In this document: piece after piece, positions 27,811-41,022 of the stretch
How the letters are laid out: each line of letters begins with the position of its first letter
Position numbering within the stretch: position 1 is the first letter of the stretch
Source: Eledone cirrhosa
Lineage: Eukaryota
Direction: 5' to 3'
Assembly: GCA_964016885.1 (NCBI GenBank)
Contig: OZ024743.1
Location: forward strand, 239,940,001 to 240,004,000
Length of the DNA stretch: 64,000 bases
Notes under the pieces: model-generated
The model's database searches: none
What the model saw: only the letters and a program-made list of their open reading frames with translations
What the model was told of the DNA's origin: nothing
Position numbers and translations under genes: made by a program

Positions 27811-30791
27811 ATGGAAAAATTTGAACAGGGACAAAACAGAGAGGCAGTACAACGAATGTTTATTAATTTCACGCTCTGGAGAGTGGGGTGTTGGTGGGGG
27901 ACGACGTTTCGGGCATAAGCCCTTCCTCGGGTGGGAAGTGTGTGGGAACAGAGTTCAAAGGGTGTGTAGGGGAGTGGTGGAGAGACATATAGCGAAAGGA
28001 AACGGTGCGAATGAAAAAATAAAAAATAAAGATAAAAATAAAAATAAAGCATGATCAAAATACAAGGAATGAGATAAATTTAAAAATAAAGGCATGATCA
28101 AAATAAACTGAAATTAAAAGGGGGGTAAACAGGTGGTGGAAGGGTGTGGGGTGTGTAGGGGTGGTGGCGTGTGGCGTGGGGAGAGGGAGACGGGGTGTCC
28201 GAGCGGGGAGGGCTGAAGGTGGTGTGTGTGTGTAGGTGTGCGTGTGTGTGTGTGTGTGTGTATGTGAAAGTAAGGGTTGGGGGAAGAACGGGGTTGCATG
28301 TTCAGGAAGAGGTGTGTGTGTGGGGGGGGGTCGGAGTGGCTGTGCGTGTGTGGATAGAGGGGGGGGGGGAGGAATCAGGAGGCTGAGGGTGTAAATATGT
28401 GGTGGAAAGCACGTGTGTGTGGGGTTTAAGCGTGTTGTGGGTGTAGGTGGCGTGTGGAGAAAAAAATTTGTTTGGGGTGTGTGTGTGGGTGAGTTATATA
28501 GGTGATTACGGAAGAGGATGGTTGAAAAGTTGGTAAGTTCCGAAGATGTTTAGTGGATTGGTTGTTGGTCAATTTCTGCGTGCGGGTATTCCATGAAGCG
28601 ATGGTCAGAAGAGGAGAGATGTGGGGTGCGTGCGCAACAGGAAGTGGTCAGCAGTGGGAGTTCTGTGGTCTGTTTGTGCTGGGAGGTGGTCAGAGGGCAT
28701 AGCAGCAGTCGGTGGAATGGTAAAGGGGCGAGGATGGGTAGGTGTGAAAGTTGGAGTGAGGAGGGTGTGTGTGTGTATTAGTAGGGGTGTTAGTGGGATG
28801 AGTGAGTGTGGAGCGAGGGTGTGGGTGGAGCGGGGAGAGAAGGGTGTGTGTGGTTCTATGGAGGGAGTGTGGTGTACTGGTGTGTGTAGTTTGATGAAGA
28901 GGTGTTAGTGGGTGTTAGTATACGGAAGGTGGGGAGGGGTTGAATGCAGGTGTGAGTGGGGGTTAGTGGTGGTAGGGTGTGTAGAGTTGGTGGTGTACGA
29001 GGGTGTGTGGGTACGTGTGCGTGGGGTTGGGGGTGTTAGTGATGTTAGTTGCGTGTGGGGTGGGTGGTGTAAGTGGGTGCGTATGTTCGTGTGCTTGGGG
29101 TTAGGGGGTGTTAGTGAGGTTAGTTGCGGGGTGGTGGGATGGAGGTGTGGGGGTGAGAGGTGTGGGGGTGAGGGTTAGTGGTGGTAGTAGGGTGTGTGTT
29201 TAGTGTGAGCGCGCGTGTATATATGTGCCGGTGGGTGTGTGCGTGTGATAAGGAGGGGGAGGAGGAGAAGAGCGGAGGGAAGGGATGTTAGTATGTTAGT
29301 TGGGGAAGGGTGGTCAGATGAGGGGTGGAGTGGAGGTGTTAGTATTGTTAGTTGTGGGGTGGGCGGTGAAAAGGAGGGGGGTGTTAGTGGTGTTAGTGGG
29401 GGATAAGTGTGGGGGGAGGGGGTGCGGTCTAAGGCTAAAGGAATAAGGGTGGGGAGTTCAGGCCGGGGGGAGTGTGGGTCTGTAAGATGAAGATAGTTCG
29501 TTGTTTGACCGTAAGGCGATTGGCGGGGGTTCCGTGGCACTGGAGTAGGCCACAGACTGAGATGGCGTGCGGAATGTCCAGGGCCACCAAAGTGGCGGGC
29601 GATGGGGGAACTGCCCCCGAGACGAATATCCCGGAGGTGCTCCGTGACTCGGTCCGCCAGGCGACGTCCCGTCTGTCCAACATAAGTCCGCTGCACCTCC
29701 TCCAACCTAGTCCGTAGACTAGGTTGGAGGAGGTGCAGCGGAAGGCATGCCGGACCGAGAGAGAGTGGCCGTTGGGACCCTGGAAGGTGGTGGTGTTGGT
29801 GATGTGGGGACAGGTGTTGCAGCGGGGCCTAGAACAGGGAAAGGAACCGGGGGGGGAACAGAGCGTGGGTTGGGGGGTAGGGAGCTGTGGAAGAGGAGGG
29901 TGCAGAGATTGCGTGCGCGTTTGAAGGAGGGGAGTGGTGGGGTTGGGAAGATGTGGGAGGTGGAGGGGTCGGACTGGAGGCGTCGGAAGAGGCGGCGGAT
30001 GGTGCGGTGGAGGGGTAAGGTGGAGTGGTGGTAGGTGGTGGGGAAGGGGAGACGGTGGGTGGGTGTGCGGTGGCGTGGGGTGACGGTGGTGGAGCGGGGG
30101 ACAGCACGGGCGCGGGTGAGAGCGGTGTAGACGAGAGAGGGGGGGGGGGGGGGTAACCTCTGCGGATGAAATGGCTGACTAGGGAAAGGGCCTGGGACTC
30201 GAAGTCAGCATCACGGCTACAGAGGCGGCGGATCCTGAGAAGTTGGGAGTAGGGAATGGAGTGTTTAGTGTGGGTGGGGTGGGAAGAGGTGAAGTCGAGG
30301 TAAGAGTGGGAGTCGGTGGGTTTGAAGAAGGCGGAGGTGACGAGGGAGTGGTGGGAGGGGTGGAAGGAGCAGAAGAAGGAGAGAAAGGAGTCGAACTGTT
30401 CTCGGGTGAGGGTCGTGGCTCCGATACAGTCGTCAATGTAACGACCGTACAGTTCGGGCGTGGGGCCGGTGTACTGGGCAAAGATTTGGGCCTCAACATG
30501 GCCAACAAAAGGGTTGGCATAGTTCGGGCCCATTCTTGTACCCATGGCTACCCCCGTGACCTGTTGGTAAGACTCACGCGAGAAGGAGAAACAATTGAGG
30601 GTGAGGACCAGCTCGGCAAGGCGAAGGAGGGTGGGGGTGGAGGGAATGGGGGAGGGGCGAAGGTCAAGGTAGTGTTTGAGGGCGCGAAGGCCGTCGGCGT
30701 GTGGGGATGACTGTATAGAGGGATGACTGTCTAGGGTGAAGAGGAAGGGCTGTGGGCCGGGTGGGTAGGTGAAGGAGTCGAAAAGGCGCAG

Positions 30792-30795
<4 letters not shown>
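27808..30795 (-). mobile_element. Penelope-like element, 5'-truncated (RT, GIY-YIG, long tail with HHR-like motif)
   Basis: GVAMGTRMGPNYAN...YGRYIDD (ORF 29829-30545), KPTDSHSYLDFTSSHP, YVGQTGRRLADRVTEH. HHR-like CCGAGGA-AGGGC-TTAT-GCCC-GAAACGTCG at 27900-27931. Confidence 0.9.
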
Positions 30796-30830
<35 letters not shown>

Positions 30831-30833
<3 letters not shown>

Positions 30834-32481
30834 AAGAAATTAAAGGATGGTTAAAAAAGTTACATATATTTTATTATGCGCATTTCAAAAACAAATATCA
30901 TCCTGGGACGATAGTTGCGTTCTCATCAGATAAAATAAAGTAACATGATATGATTCCTAAAAAACACTTGTGAACAAGGAAGTGTCCAATCAACATATGA
31001 TAAATAAATGTAAAAGGATATAGAAGATTGGAAAAAAAAAGGAAGGAAGAAGAAAAAAGGAAAAAGAAGGAGAAGATAACGGAGGAAAAATTTAAGAAGG
31101 AAGAAGGGGAGAGAATGAGAAAGGAGAGATAGAGAGAGGCATTTAAACTGGAAACGCTGTCAAAATTGAAAAACAACTGAATAACGGCTTGAAAAATATA
31201 TACGGCTACTAAATGAATAAATTAAAAAAATTGATGAGGTTTATGATTGATGATTACAGATATAGAAACTAGGTATATTATTTAATTAGGTTTTATATAC
31301 TAAAAGATTTATTAAAAGGTGTTAAAATGTATTATTAAAATAAAATAAGATAAAATAAAGTAAAATAAAATTAAATGATTTATAAGCGTAGAAGACGATA
31401 TAAGGTCCTAGTTTGTTTAAATAGAATGTAATTGAAAAAATGTTTATACTGATTAAATTGATGTGTAGAAGGAAAATAAATAAGGTTAGACCGATAATGT
31501 TAAATTAAATTAAGAGTTTACTATTAAAAATTACAGATTATATATAAACAATTAAAGATTATATATAAAAAATGTTATTATAGATTATATATAAAAGAAA
31601 TTATACATGTAGGAAAACTATTTAACTATTTAAATATTAAATTAATCCACAAGTAAATAAAGGAAAATGTTATAATTATTTAAGCGTAGAAAAAAGCGCG
31701 GAGAGAGCGAAGAGAAAACGAAGAAGAAAAATATATGACGTCATAATTTGTTTACAAAATCAACGAATGTTTATACTGGTTAAATTGATGTGATAAATGG
31801 GGAAAGTGAGCGGCTTAAAAAATATAATAATGAGAAAAAATAATATAAAGAAACATTAAATATGAACTATTTACATAATATTTTGTATCACCAAGTAGAT
31901 AAAGGAATTTGCTAGAGTGATTTTTAAAAAAAGTAGAACAAATAACGTCATAGTATGTTTAAAACTTTGTAGAATGTACTGAAATATGCGAGAAAAAAGG
32001 TATTTGTGTAAAAAAATATATACGTGTGAAAAAATGTTAATCTTAATCATGGAATAAGATACAGGGTATTAGCTGTATACTTTGTGAAATGACCTAAGAG
32101 ATTTATGGATGCAGAGAGCAAATAAATCGGTGCGTCTATTTATTATATAGTTGAAATTCGAGATAATGGTAAATTGTTCAGCTAGACATAAATTACAAGC
32201 CCTAGATATGAATGCGTTAGAATATGGAGAAGCATTGCATATTTTACGCCAAGATATTTTGTAATTATTAATTTTGTCTTTTAAGGACCAGATGAGTTCT
32301 GAGAGTGTAGTGTTTGTTCTTTTAATTGGATATTTAAAAGATGAAGAATGGTTATATAGTCTTGCCTTAAAGGAAGTAGAAGTAGAGCCAATGTAGGTAT
32401 AAGAATTGGTACTAGTTAGCACCTTACATTCGTATACTAGATTTTTATCGAGACAGAAATTATTAAGAGGACATTTAGTTC
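30831..32481 (-). mobile_element. Penelope-like element 3' part (GIY-YIG and AT-rich tail), split by the Gypsy insertion; continues at 37932-38070
   Basis: TKCPLNNFCLDKNLVYECKV...YIGSTSTSFKARLYNHSSSF...CNLCLAE. HHR-like CTGATGA-GAACGCAA...TTGTTTTT-GAAA-TGCGCAT at 30876-30930. Confidence 0.85.
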
Positions 32482-32853
32482 TGTAGAAGATCACGCCATC
32501 TACCGTCGACTGCCTACACAGTCGATTAACTGCCCTTAGTTCTGACGTCACATTCTGACGACAGTGGCTGAGACAATAACACTTGGACAATGAGTGCTTG
32601 GAGACAATAGACGTGCGATAATCACGCAGCGGCTCAAGAGATGACACCAACACCATGTGGCAGTATTTGACGTTTTAAACATATTCCCAACGTAGGAGCA
32701 TTAATGTATTCGTATATATTTTGTAATTGCTCCTATATATAAAAAAATGTTTTTTGTAACATAAATTGAGGTATGTCTTTATTCCTTGTTTGAAATGTGC
32801 TAGTAAACCATAACCAATTAGCCGGGATGACTGACGACCACTTCCCGCCTAAA
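32482..32853 (+). repeat. 5' LTR
   Basis: TGTAGAAGATC...CCCGCCTAAA; direct repeat of 37557-37927. Confidence 0.95.
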
Positions 32854-32854
32854 G

Positions 32855-32872
32855 TGGTGACCCTCGACGATT
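32855..32872 (+). promoter_or_regulatory. Primer-binding site, tRNA-Trp-like
   Basis: TGGTGACCCTCGACGATT resembles the complement of the eukaryotic tRNA-Trp 3' end (TGGTGACCCCGACGTGAT). Confidence 0.75.
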
Positions 32873-33620
32873 ATATATGAAAACGCAACCTTCTTAATTT
32901 CACCATTCGTTTTTAAATTGAAAATTGTTCGTCTTACAAAAAAAAAAAAAAACTGTTAGCTGACTGGCCAGCTAACATTCCCGCACATTGTCTTTCTTCT
33001 TAAAATGCGGCCATCTGATTGGCTTAGCCTCGTCACGCGACCATATTCTCAATTTGGAGAAGAAATGAGACGCCATTTTGTTTGATATTTGCTAGCTTGT
33101 TCCACAGATTCTGCCTTTGGGATTTTAGCTGCTATTTCTTGGACTGTTACTGAATTTCCTTCGCTTGCGGTAACTTAATGGATATTTGGGGGAAAATTGT
33201 GCTGTTTTCCCGTCGTTTTAAACATTAATTACTTTTATTCGTCCATGTGGTAATAGATTTGACGATGAGTGGTCCTGGTTTGCCTGCGTTCTCAGGTGAT
33301 ACTAAGCTCTGGTTTGCGCAGATCGACACTTATTTTGCTGCCAAACTATTATTTGCCTAACCCCAAATGCTGTAAATTCTTTTCCTTGGACTGTATGATT
33401 TGTCTCACTTGTTAAGACAAAACGAAAAAGGACAGACGTTAAAAGGGGATTACTTATATATATATATTTTTTTTTATTTTCCTTTTCCCTGACGTTTTAA
33501 ATGTCTGTTTTTATCATTGATTTTTTTATTTTGTTTTTTTTACACATCATTACGGAATATTTATTGTCGGTTTGATTTGTTCCTTGTAACTTTTCCTTGT
33601 AAACCGGCTATTGTCTAGCC

Positions 33621-34398
33621 ATGAATACCCTACACTTGCTTGCATTTACTGGGAATCCGAAGCTGTGGTTTGCTCAGCTTCAGGCATATTTTACCGTCTG
33701 CAGAACTAGCCTGAACACCGGCTCGCCGTATTAATTAGCGGATTGCCTCCTAATTTGGCGGATTCTCTTCATGATTTAATAACCGACCCCCCCCCCCCCC
33801 CCCCCCCCCCCCTACCTCCCCCGCTGACATTACCTATGAGTCCTTGCGTGTGGAGATTTTACGAAGGAATAATAAATCGGCGGAAAGTCGTTTTCGTATG
33901 ATGATCGAGGACGAACGTTTAGGCGAGCCTACCGCCTTTTTGCGTCATTTGCGGGGATTGAGTGATTCCCAGGGTTAGCATAGCTCCTTCCTGAAACAAC
34001 TCTTCTTCTCTCGCCTCCCTCAGGAGGTGCAAGTGATACTTGCCAATATGGTGGACGTCAGTTCATTGGACGACATTGCCGACTCCGCCGACAAAATCGT
34101 GGAGGTTACGAAGCGAGACACTTCGAAACAACTATATGTTGCTTCCTCTTCTGTTGCCTCCTCTTCTGTTGACCAGCAATACTTACCATCGCGCGAGAAG
34201 AAGGTGCTCGAAACAATGGAAGCACTGACTCGCCAACTATCAGAGTTGTGTAAGGAACTTAAATCATCTGGACGGCATAGGAGTCATTCCCGTTCATTTT
34301 CAACTCCTCGCCGCCGTAGCAGTTCCGGACAGACCAATCACCTTTTTGTTGGTACTACGAGACTTACGGCGATAAAGCCGCACATTGCAGTTCTGTAA
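33621..34398 (+). pseudogene. gag: Gypsy gag, frameshifted
   Basis: [65 protein letters not shown]. Confidence 0.85.
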
Positions 34399-37140
34399 TC
34401 TGCGGCGCGATTTTAAATGGATTTTCACTGTCGCTGACTTGCCATATCCGATTCTAGGCGCGGATTTTCTCCACCACTTTTCGTTGACGGTGGATCTCCG
34501 TTGCAAACGCCTAATCGACGATATAACTGGTTTGGCTAGTGTAGGCAAAGCGGCAAAAATTCCTACGGTTAGCCCGACGTTTTTTCTCGCTAATTCTGGA
34601 GATCCGTACCATGCATTGTTGAAATCGTTTCCGCAACAGACTCAGGGAAATTTTCGAGTCGATGAGCCAAGTCATACCACGGAGCATTTCATTACCATTA
34701 CCGGTGCTCCCGTGTTTTGTCGTCCCCGTCGTCTACCTGCGGACAAACTCAAAGCAGCACGATCCAAGTTTGATCATATGCTGCAGCTCGGGATTATTCG
34801 CCCATCCACGAGCCCGTGGGCGTCTCCGTTACACATGGTACCAAAATCGTCTGGCGATTGGAGACCCACTGGAGATTACCGGAGGCTAAACTCCATGACA
34901 GAGCCGGACAGTTACCCTATCCCTCATCTGCAAGATTTTGCATCTTCGTTGCAGGGATGCAGGATGTTTTCAAAACTTGACTTAGTACGTGCTTACAACC
35001 AGATTCCTGTCCATAAAGACGATATCCCGAAAACGGCTATATATACTCCATTCGGATCGTTTGAATTTTTAACATGCCTTTCGGGTTAAGGAATGCTGCT
35101 AGCACCTTCCAGCGTTTCATGGATGAGGTCACTCGCGGCCTCGACTTTGTATACACATATATTGATGACCGTCTTGTTGCGAGCTCTTCTCCAGAGCAAC
35201 ATTTGCTCCATCTGGAACTTCTATTTTGTCGTTTGAAGGATTACAAAGTTCAGATTAATCCATCAAAATGTGTTTTTGGTTCCGATTCTTTGAATATTTT
35301 GGGTCACGTCATTGACTCTGACGGTATTCGACCTATTCCTGAGAGAGTTAAAGCTATAGAGGATTTGCCTCCACCAACCTCACTTCGTTAGTTGCGCCAG
35401 TTCTTGGGGCTGATTAATTTTTATAGGCGGTTTGTGTCTAATCGTGCTAAGCTACTCTTCTCTTTGATGGAAATTTTGAAAAATTGTCGAAAGAAAAATA
35501 GAGACATTTCTTTGAATGAAACTCAGCTCGAGGATTTTGAGAGCGCGAAATTGTTCTAGCCAATGCATCTTTGCTGGCTCACCCAGTGTCCAACGCTAAG
35601 CTTTCGCTTTGTGTTGATGCGTCGGATACTGCCGTGGGCGCGGTTTTGCAGCAAAGTAGAAACGATCAACAGCAGCCGTTGGAATTTTTCTCCAGGAAGC
35701 TGAAATCTGCCGAAACCCGCTACAGCACCTTTGGACGGGAGTTGCTAGCAATATATTTATCAGTGAAACATTTTTCGCACATGCTTGAGGGGAGGACGTT
35801 TACTATCTTCACTGACCACAAGCCGTTGACATTCGCCTTGCAAGCAAAGGCAGACAAATACTCCCCCAGAGAAACTAGACATCTTGATCTCATCTCTCAG
35901 TTTACAAATGATATTCAACATATTCCGGGTCATATGAATACAGCGGCCGACGCCCTGTCTCGTTTACCAATTACTTCAATCTCTTCGCCCGATGACATAG
36001 ATTTGAATCACTTGGCAGCCGATCAGCCTACCCTCGAATCGTTGGATGTTACATCACCTGAATTTGTGAATTGCAAGATGAAACACCTACTTTTACCGAC
36101 CGCAGAGGGACAGATCCTCTGCGACGACTCTTTGGATACGCCACGCCCTTTTGTTCCGTTGAACCATCGTCGAACTGTGTTTCTTGTTTTGCACGGCATT
36201 TCACATCCTGGATCTTCTGCCACAGTAAAACTCATGACGGCTAGATTCTTCTGGCCAAATATGAGACGTGAAATTAGTGTCTGGTGCCGTTCCTGTGTTG
36301 CTTGACAGAAATCCAAAGTTCATAGACATATTAAGACTCCTCTTGGTACTTTTAGTAACCCGGACGCCCGGTTTCGCCACATTCATGTGGACATCGTGGG
36401 ACCTTGGCCCATCAGCGGTGGTTACAATTACTTATTGACGGTAATCGATCGTTTTTCGCGATGGCCCGAAGCCATCCCCTTGAGGGATATCACTGCTGAG
36501 ACCACAGATTGGATCGTCCGATAGTGCCAACATCAATTACCACGGACCGTGGAAGGCAGTTTGAATCGAACCTCTTCCATGAATTGACGAAGATCATCGG
36601 CGCTAAATGCATACGAACTACTGCATATCATCCTGCCTCTAATGAAATGGTGGAGAGCTTCCACCGACAACTGAAAGCCGCTCTACGGACTTCTTCTGAC
36701 TCTACGCGCTGGAGCGAGTACCTCCCTATTGTGTTGTTGGGGAGTCGGTCAACAATAAAGGAGGACCTTGGGTTCTCCCCGGCCGAATTGTTATATGGTC
36801 TCCTCTAGCGTTACCTGGGCAAATGCTTGCCCCTGTTGATCTTGCTGAACAAAATCCGCTCTCCTACGTATCCCGTCTGCGTTCTTATTTTCAGGACCTG
36901 CCGCCGATGGATACGAGGAAGCAAACTGTACAATTTGCAGTCCCGAGGGATATTGACTCGTGGACCCATGTGTTTGTGAGGAACGATGCCGTGAAACCAC
37001 TTCTCACACAACCATATTCTGGACCCTTCTCATTCAGAGAAACATTTCACTGTAGACATTAAGGGTTCCAGAGAGACGGTTTCTATTGATAGACTCAAAC
37101 AAGCACATTTGGATACAGATGCTATCGCACCTGAGTCACA
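34398..37140 (+). pseudogene. pol: Gypsy pol (partial protease, RT, RNase H, integrase) with stops and frameshifts
   Basis: [68 protein letters not shown]...CRSC, HVDIVGP, TDRGRQF. Stops at about 35389, 35557 and 36303. Confidence 0.95.
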
Positions 37141-37556
37141 AATCCCCCGTCTTTTTCTTTCGCACACACACCTGCTTCCCCCCCCCCCCCCCACCCCACC
37201 CTCCATCACCAAAATATAAGACTACGACCCGTTCCGGTCGGAGGGTTCATTGGCCCAAAAAATTGTGTAGCACAATATATTATTAAACTGCTATTGTGCG
37301 GTGCTTTAATCCTGTAGTGACTTTTGGAACTTTTAGGAAATTGTATTTAAATTTTATGACATTTGTTTTTTTCCTTTCACGTTCTTGGATGCTTTTTTTT
37401 TAATATGTACTTTCGAAATTTTTTGTGCCGTTCATGCCCGGTTGGGCTGATTGTTCCTTGGTTTGGGATTTTTGCTGATTGCTGATCGGTTTTTCTACAT
37501 GCATGATTTTATTAACCGACTTTTATTTAATTTTCTAAAAATCTGGTGGGAGACCA

Positions 37557-37927
37557 TGTAGAAGATCACGCCATCTAGCGTCGACTGCCTACACAGTCGA
37601 TTAACTGCCCTTAGTTCTGACGTCACGTCCTGACGTCAGCGGCTGAGACAATAACACTTGGACAATGAGTGCTTGGAGACAATAGACGTGCGATAATCAC
37701 GCAGCGGCTCAAGAGATGACACCAACACCTTGTGGCAGTATTTGACGTTTTAAACATATTCCCAACGTAGGAGCATTAATGTATTCGTATATATTTTGTA
37801 ATTGCTCCTATATATAAAAAATGTTTTTTGTAACATAAATTGAGGTATGTCTTTATTCGTTGTTTGAAATGTGACAGTAAACCATAACCAATTAGCCGGG
37901 ATGACTGACGACCACTTCCCGCCTAAA
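37557..37927 (+). repeat. 3' LTR, preceded by a purine-rich PPT (GGTGGGAGA, ~37545-37553)
   Basis: Differs from the 5' LTR by about 9 substitutions and 1 indel (manual count). Confidence 0.95.
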
Positions 37928-38065
37928 GTTCTATTAGGGCAGTTGCATTTACGATTAATGTTAATAAGAGAGTTATTTGCAAGTGGCCCTAGGAATTGTA
38001 GTGGTGGAATTAGCTAAAGGAGGTGCCAAGGTTTCTGATTTAGATTATTATTAGAAGCATTCATC

Positions 38066-38110
<45 letters not shown>

Positions 38111-38119
38111 AATATATAT

Positions 38120-40979
38120 TAGGAAAAAAGATGGAATCGAAAATGCAACTGGAGTCTTATTTAAAAAATATATATTTATTTATTTGGTTCCTTTACCGGT
38201 TTCGCAGTTCTTCTGCTTTTCAAAAGTAGAGTTGAGATGGAGGGTCTGTAATTTTTCTCACATCTGGTTGGTCCTTGAATTTTACTTGTTCTATATGGAA
38301 AAAAGTGGCTCGAAACGCCAGGTTTTAGAGAAGTAATTTGATTGGTTGGTGAATAAGTATAATAAATTTCGCGCCAGTTCGCGTTACAAAGTTCTTCAAA
38401 CAAGGGGGGTGGGGTGGGGTGGGGCTCAGGTTGTTTTTTCATATATGAGTGAAGTTTGGTTGGTTGATGCAGTCACGTGAATAAGCACATCAGCTTTCGC
38501 GTAAGTTTTTTGAATTTCTTTTTACTTAAAAAAAAGCGGCTCACGAAGGCTTTTATTTTTATAAATGTAATTTGATTGGTTATAAATGAAATTATGACTG
38601 TCACGTGAACAAATTCATTAAATTTCGCGCCCGTATTTGGGAATTTATTTTGTAGCCTTTTAGAGAATTTTATGACAAGCAAAAGAAAATGGTCAAGAGA
38701 AATGGGAGGGGAGAATTGTTCTGGTTCAGTGAATACGGCTGGTTCGCTGGGTGTCAGATTTCAGACTTTCTCTTGAAATAATGAAAGTAGAGATATGTAT
38801 GTTTATTTGTGTACTTGTGTGTGTGTGTGTGCGTAGGAAGATGATTCTATTAGTAGAAATGGGGGAGGAAGTTGTGTGTGTGTGTATGGGTGTTATGTGT
38901 GTATGTGTGTGTGGGGGAGTATGTTAAGATGGAGAGAATATATATATTATGTGTGTGTATGTATGTAGGAAAGTGATTCTATTAGTAGAAATGGGGGAGG
39001 GAGTTGTGTGATTGTGGGGGGGGGGGTTATGTGTGTGTATGGGTGTTATATGTGTGTGTAAGTATAGTTAACATGTTCAGATGAAGAGAATATATATATT
39101 TTGTGTGTGTAGGAAAATGATTCCGTTAGTAGAAATGGGGGAGGAAGTTATGTGTGTGGGGGGGGGGGGGGTAGCATGCTAAGGTGTTAGAGTATTAACG
39201 TATGTTAAGGTTTATTTAGTTCTGGTTTTTATTTTATAAAGTAGAAGGTCTTATGTGTGTGTGTATGTATGTGTCTGTTTGGATGGTTAGCATGTTATGG
39301 TGTTGCCATAATGTATATTAAACTATATTTAATGCTGCTCTATATTTTTGAATAAACATATTTTCCTTATTTATTCGTATTTGTTCTGTTGTATTGTCAG
39401 CGCAAAGGTAAAATGTGAAGACTTTGAATTTTGGTGTCTTATTACTTGCTCATATATCTAGATGTGCACTTAGTGGTATCTGTCTCCTGGTTGGATCTCG
39501 TAATTGTTGGCGATGAACTGTCATTCTGTTTCTGAGTGTGAGTTTAGTTTGTCCTATATAATCTTCATTGCATCCTTTATATTTAATGGGATAAAGTAGA
39601 TTTTTTGATGTGCAAGTGAAGTGATTTTTTACAGCAAAATGTTGTCCTGATTGAAATGTATACGTGTTGCCTTCAATGAGGTGAGTGCAGGTACCACAAT
39701 TAGAGCGACCACATTTTTTGACAGTTGGTTGTGGATTTGTAGTAGGTAATTTGGCATTGGTGAGTAATGTTTTTAATGATTTCGGTTGTCTTTTGCTTTT
39801 GATTATTTTGTGTGTTTCAAGGCCTTTTTTCATTCTTGGGTCTTGTTTCAATAGTGGGATGTTCTTGTGAATAGTGTTGTAAGCTTCCGCATTTCTTGGG
39901 TTGTGTGTTGAGATATATGATAGAATATTGGACGTACCTTGAATTTGTTTATGTTTTCGTAATTCATCAATGGCTATTGTTTTAGCCCTTTCTATTCCAT
40001 TATTTATTAGTAATGGTGGGTACTGTCTTTCGAGTAGAATTTCCTTTAATTTTTGAAGTCTTTTATTTCGCGTTTCATAATTGGAGACAATTGGGCAAAT
40101 TCTTCTTGCTAGGTTAAAAGGAATGTTCGTCTTCGTGTGCTTTGGATGGTTGGAGTTGAATACCAGGTATTGTTTGGAATCTGTTGGTTTGTAGTGTATA
40201 TAAGTTTCAATATTTGTGTCTTTTTTAAAGATTAAGATATCCAGAAATGTGAGTTGATCTTGGCTGTATTCCATTGTGAATTGGATGTGATTATTGATAC
40301 CGTTAATTCAATTTTTGAAATCATTCAGTTGGTCGAGTGTTTGGGACCAAATAATGAGACAATCATCCAAGTAGCGTTTCCAATTCTCTGATAAATATTT
40401 GTGGAAGTTCAATCCGTATTTTGATTTGGACTGTTCATATATCTGGACTTCTAAGTATGGCATGACTAAGTTCGCATAGGTTGTACTCATCGCAGTCCCC
40501 GATATCTGCTATCGAAATAAAAAAGTTGTTCTGCAAGATAAATTTTAATCCCTCGGTGATGAAGTTTTTTTCTATTCTGTCAGGTATCTGAAAAAACAAC
40601 CTGAACCGCCCCCCCCCCCTTGTTTGAAGAACTTTGTAACGCGAACTTTGTAACTCGAACTGGCGCGAAATGTATTATACTTATTGAACAACCAATCAAA
40701 TTACTTCTCTAAAAACCTGGCATTTCGAGCCACGTTTTTCCATATAAAACAAGTAATATTCAAAGACCAATCAGATGTGACAAAAATTACAGGCCCTCCA
40801 TCTCAACTCTACTTTGAAAAGCAGAAGAACTGCGAAACCGGTAAAGGAACCAAATAAATATATATATATTTTTTTAAATAAGACCCCAGTTGCATTTTCG
40901 ATTTCATCTTTTTTCGTTATACTTTCACTCGTGTAGGACACCTCGGTTATTTTTCATTTTGTAAAAAAACCCTCCCTTT

Positions 40980-40980
<1 letters not shown>
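38120..40980 (-). mobile_element. Penelope-like element (RT and GIY-YIG) with inverted pseudo-LTR
   Basis: ORF 40308-40490 (YANLVM...WKRYLDD) and ORF 39450-40274 (FLDI, KPTDSKQYL, HPKHTKTNIP, CxxxxCxxC, YIGQT). Tail 38123-38440 recurs inverted at 40590-40915. U3-A8 HHR variants at 38191-38226 (-) and 40812-40847 (+). Confidence 0.93.

Positions 40981-41019
<39 letters not shown>

Positions 41020-41022
<3 letters not shown>

Larger units (their letters stand above)
32482..37927 (+). mobile_element. Full-length Ty3/Gypsy LTR retrotransposon (Mag-like gag), inactivated
   Basis: Two LTRs of about 372 bp, TSD GTTC (or AGTTC), PBS, PPT and domain order PR-RT-RH-IN. Confidence 0.97.

Noticed and set aside
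32069-32656. 195-aa ORF as an intact gene
   Set aside because: The N-terminal part is antisense LTR sequence fused by chance to a PLE GIY-YIG frame.
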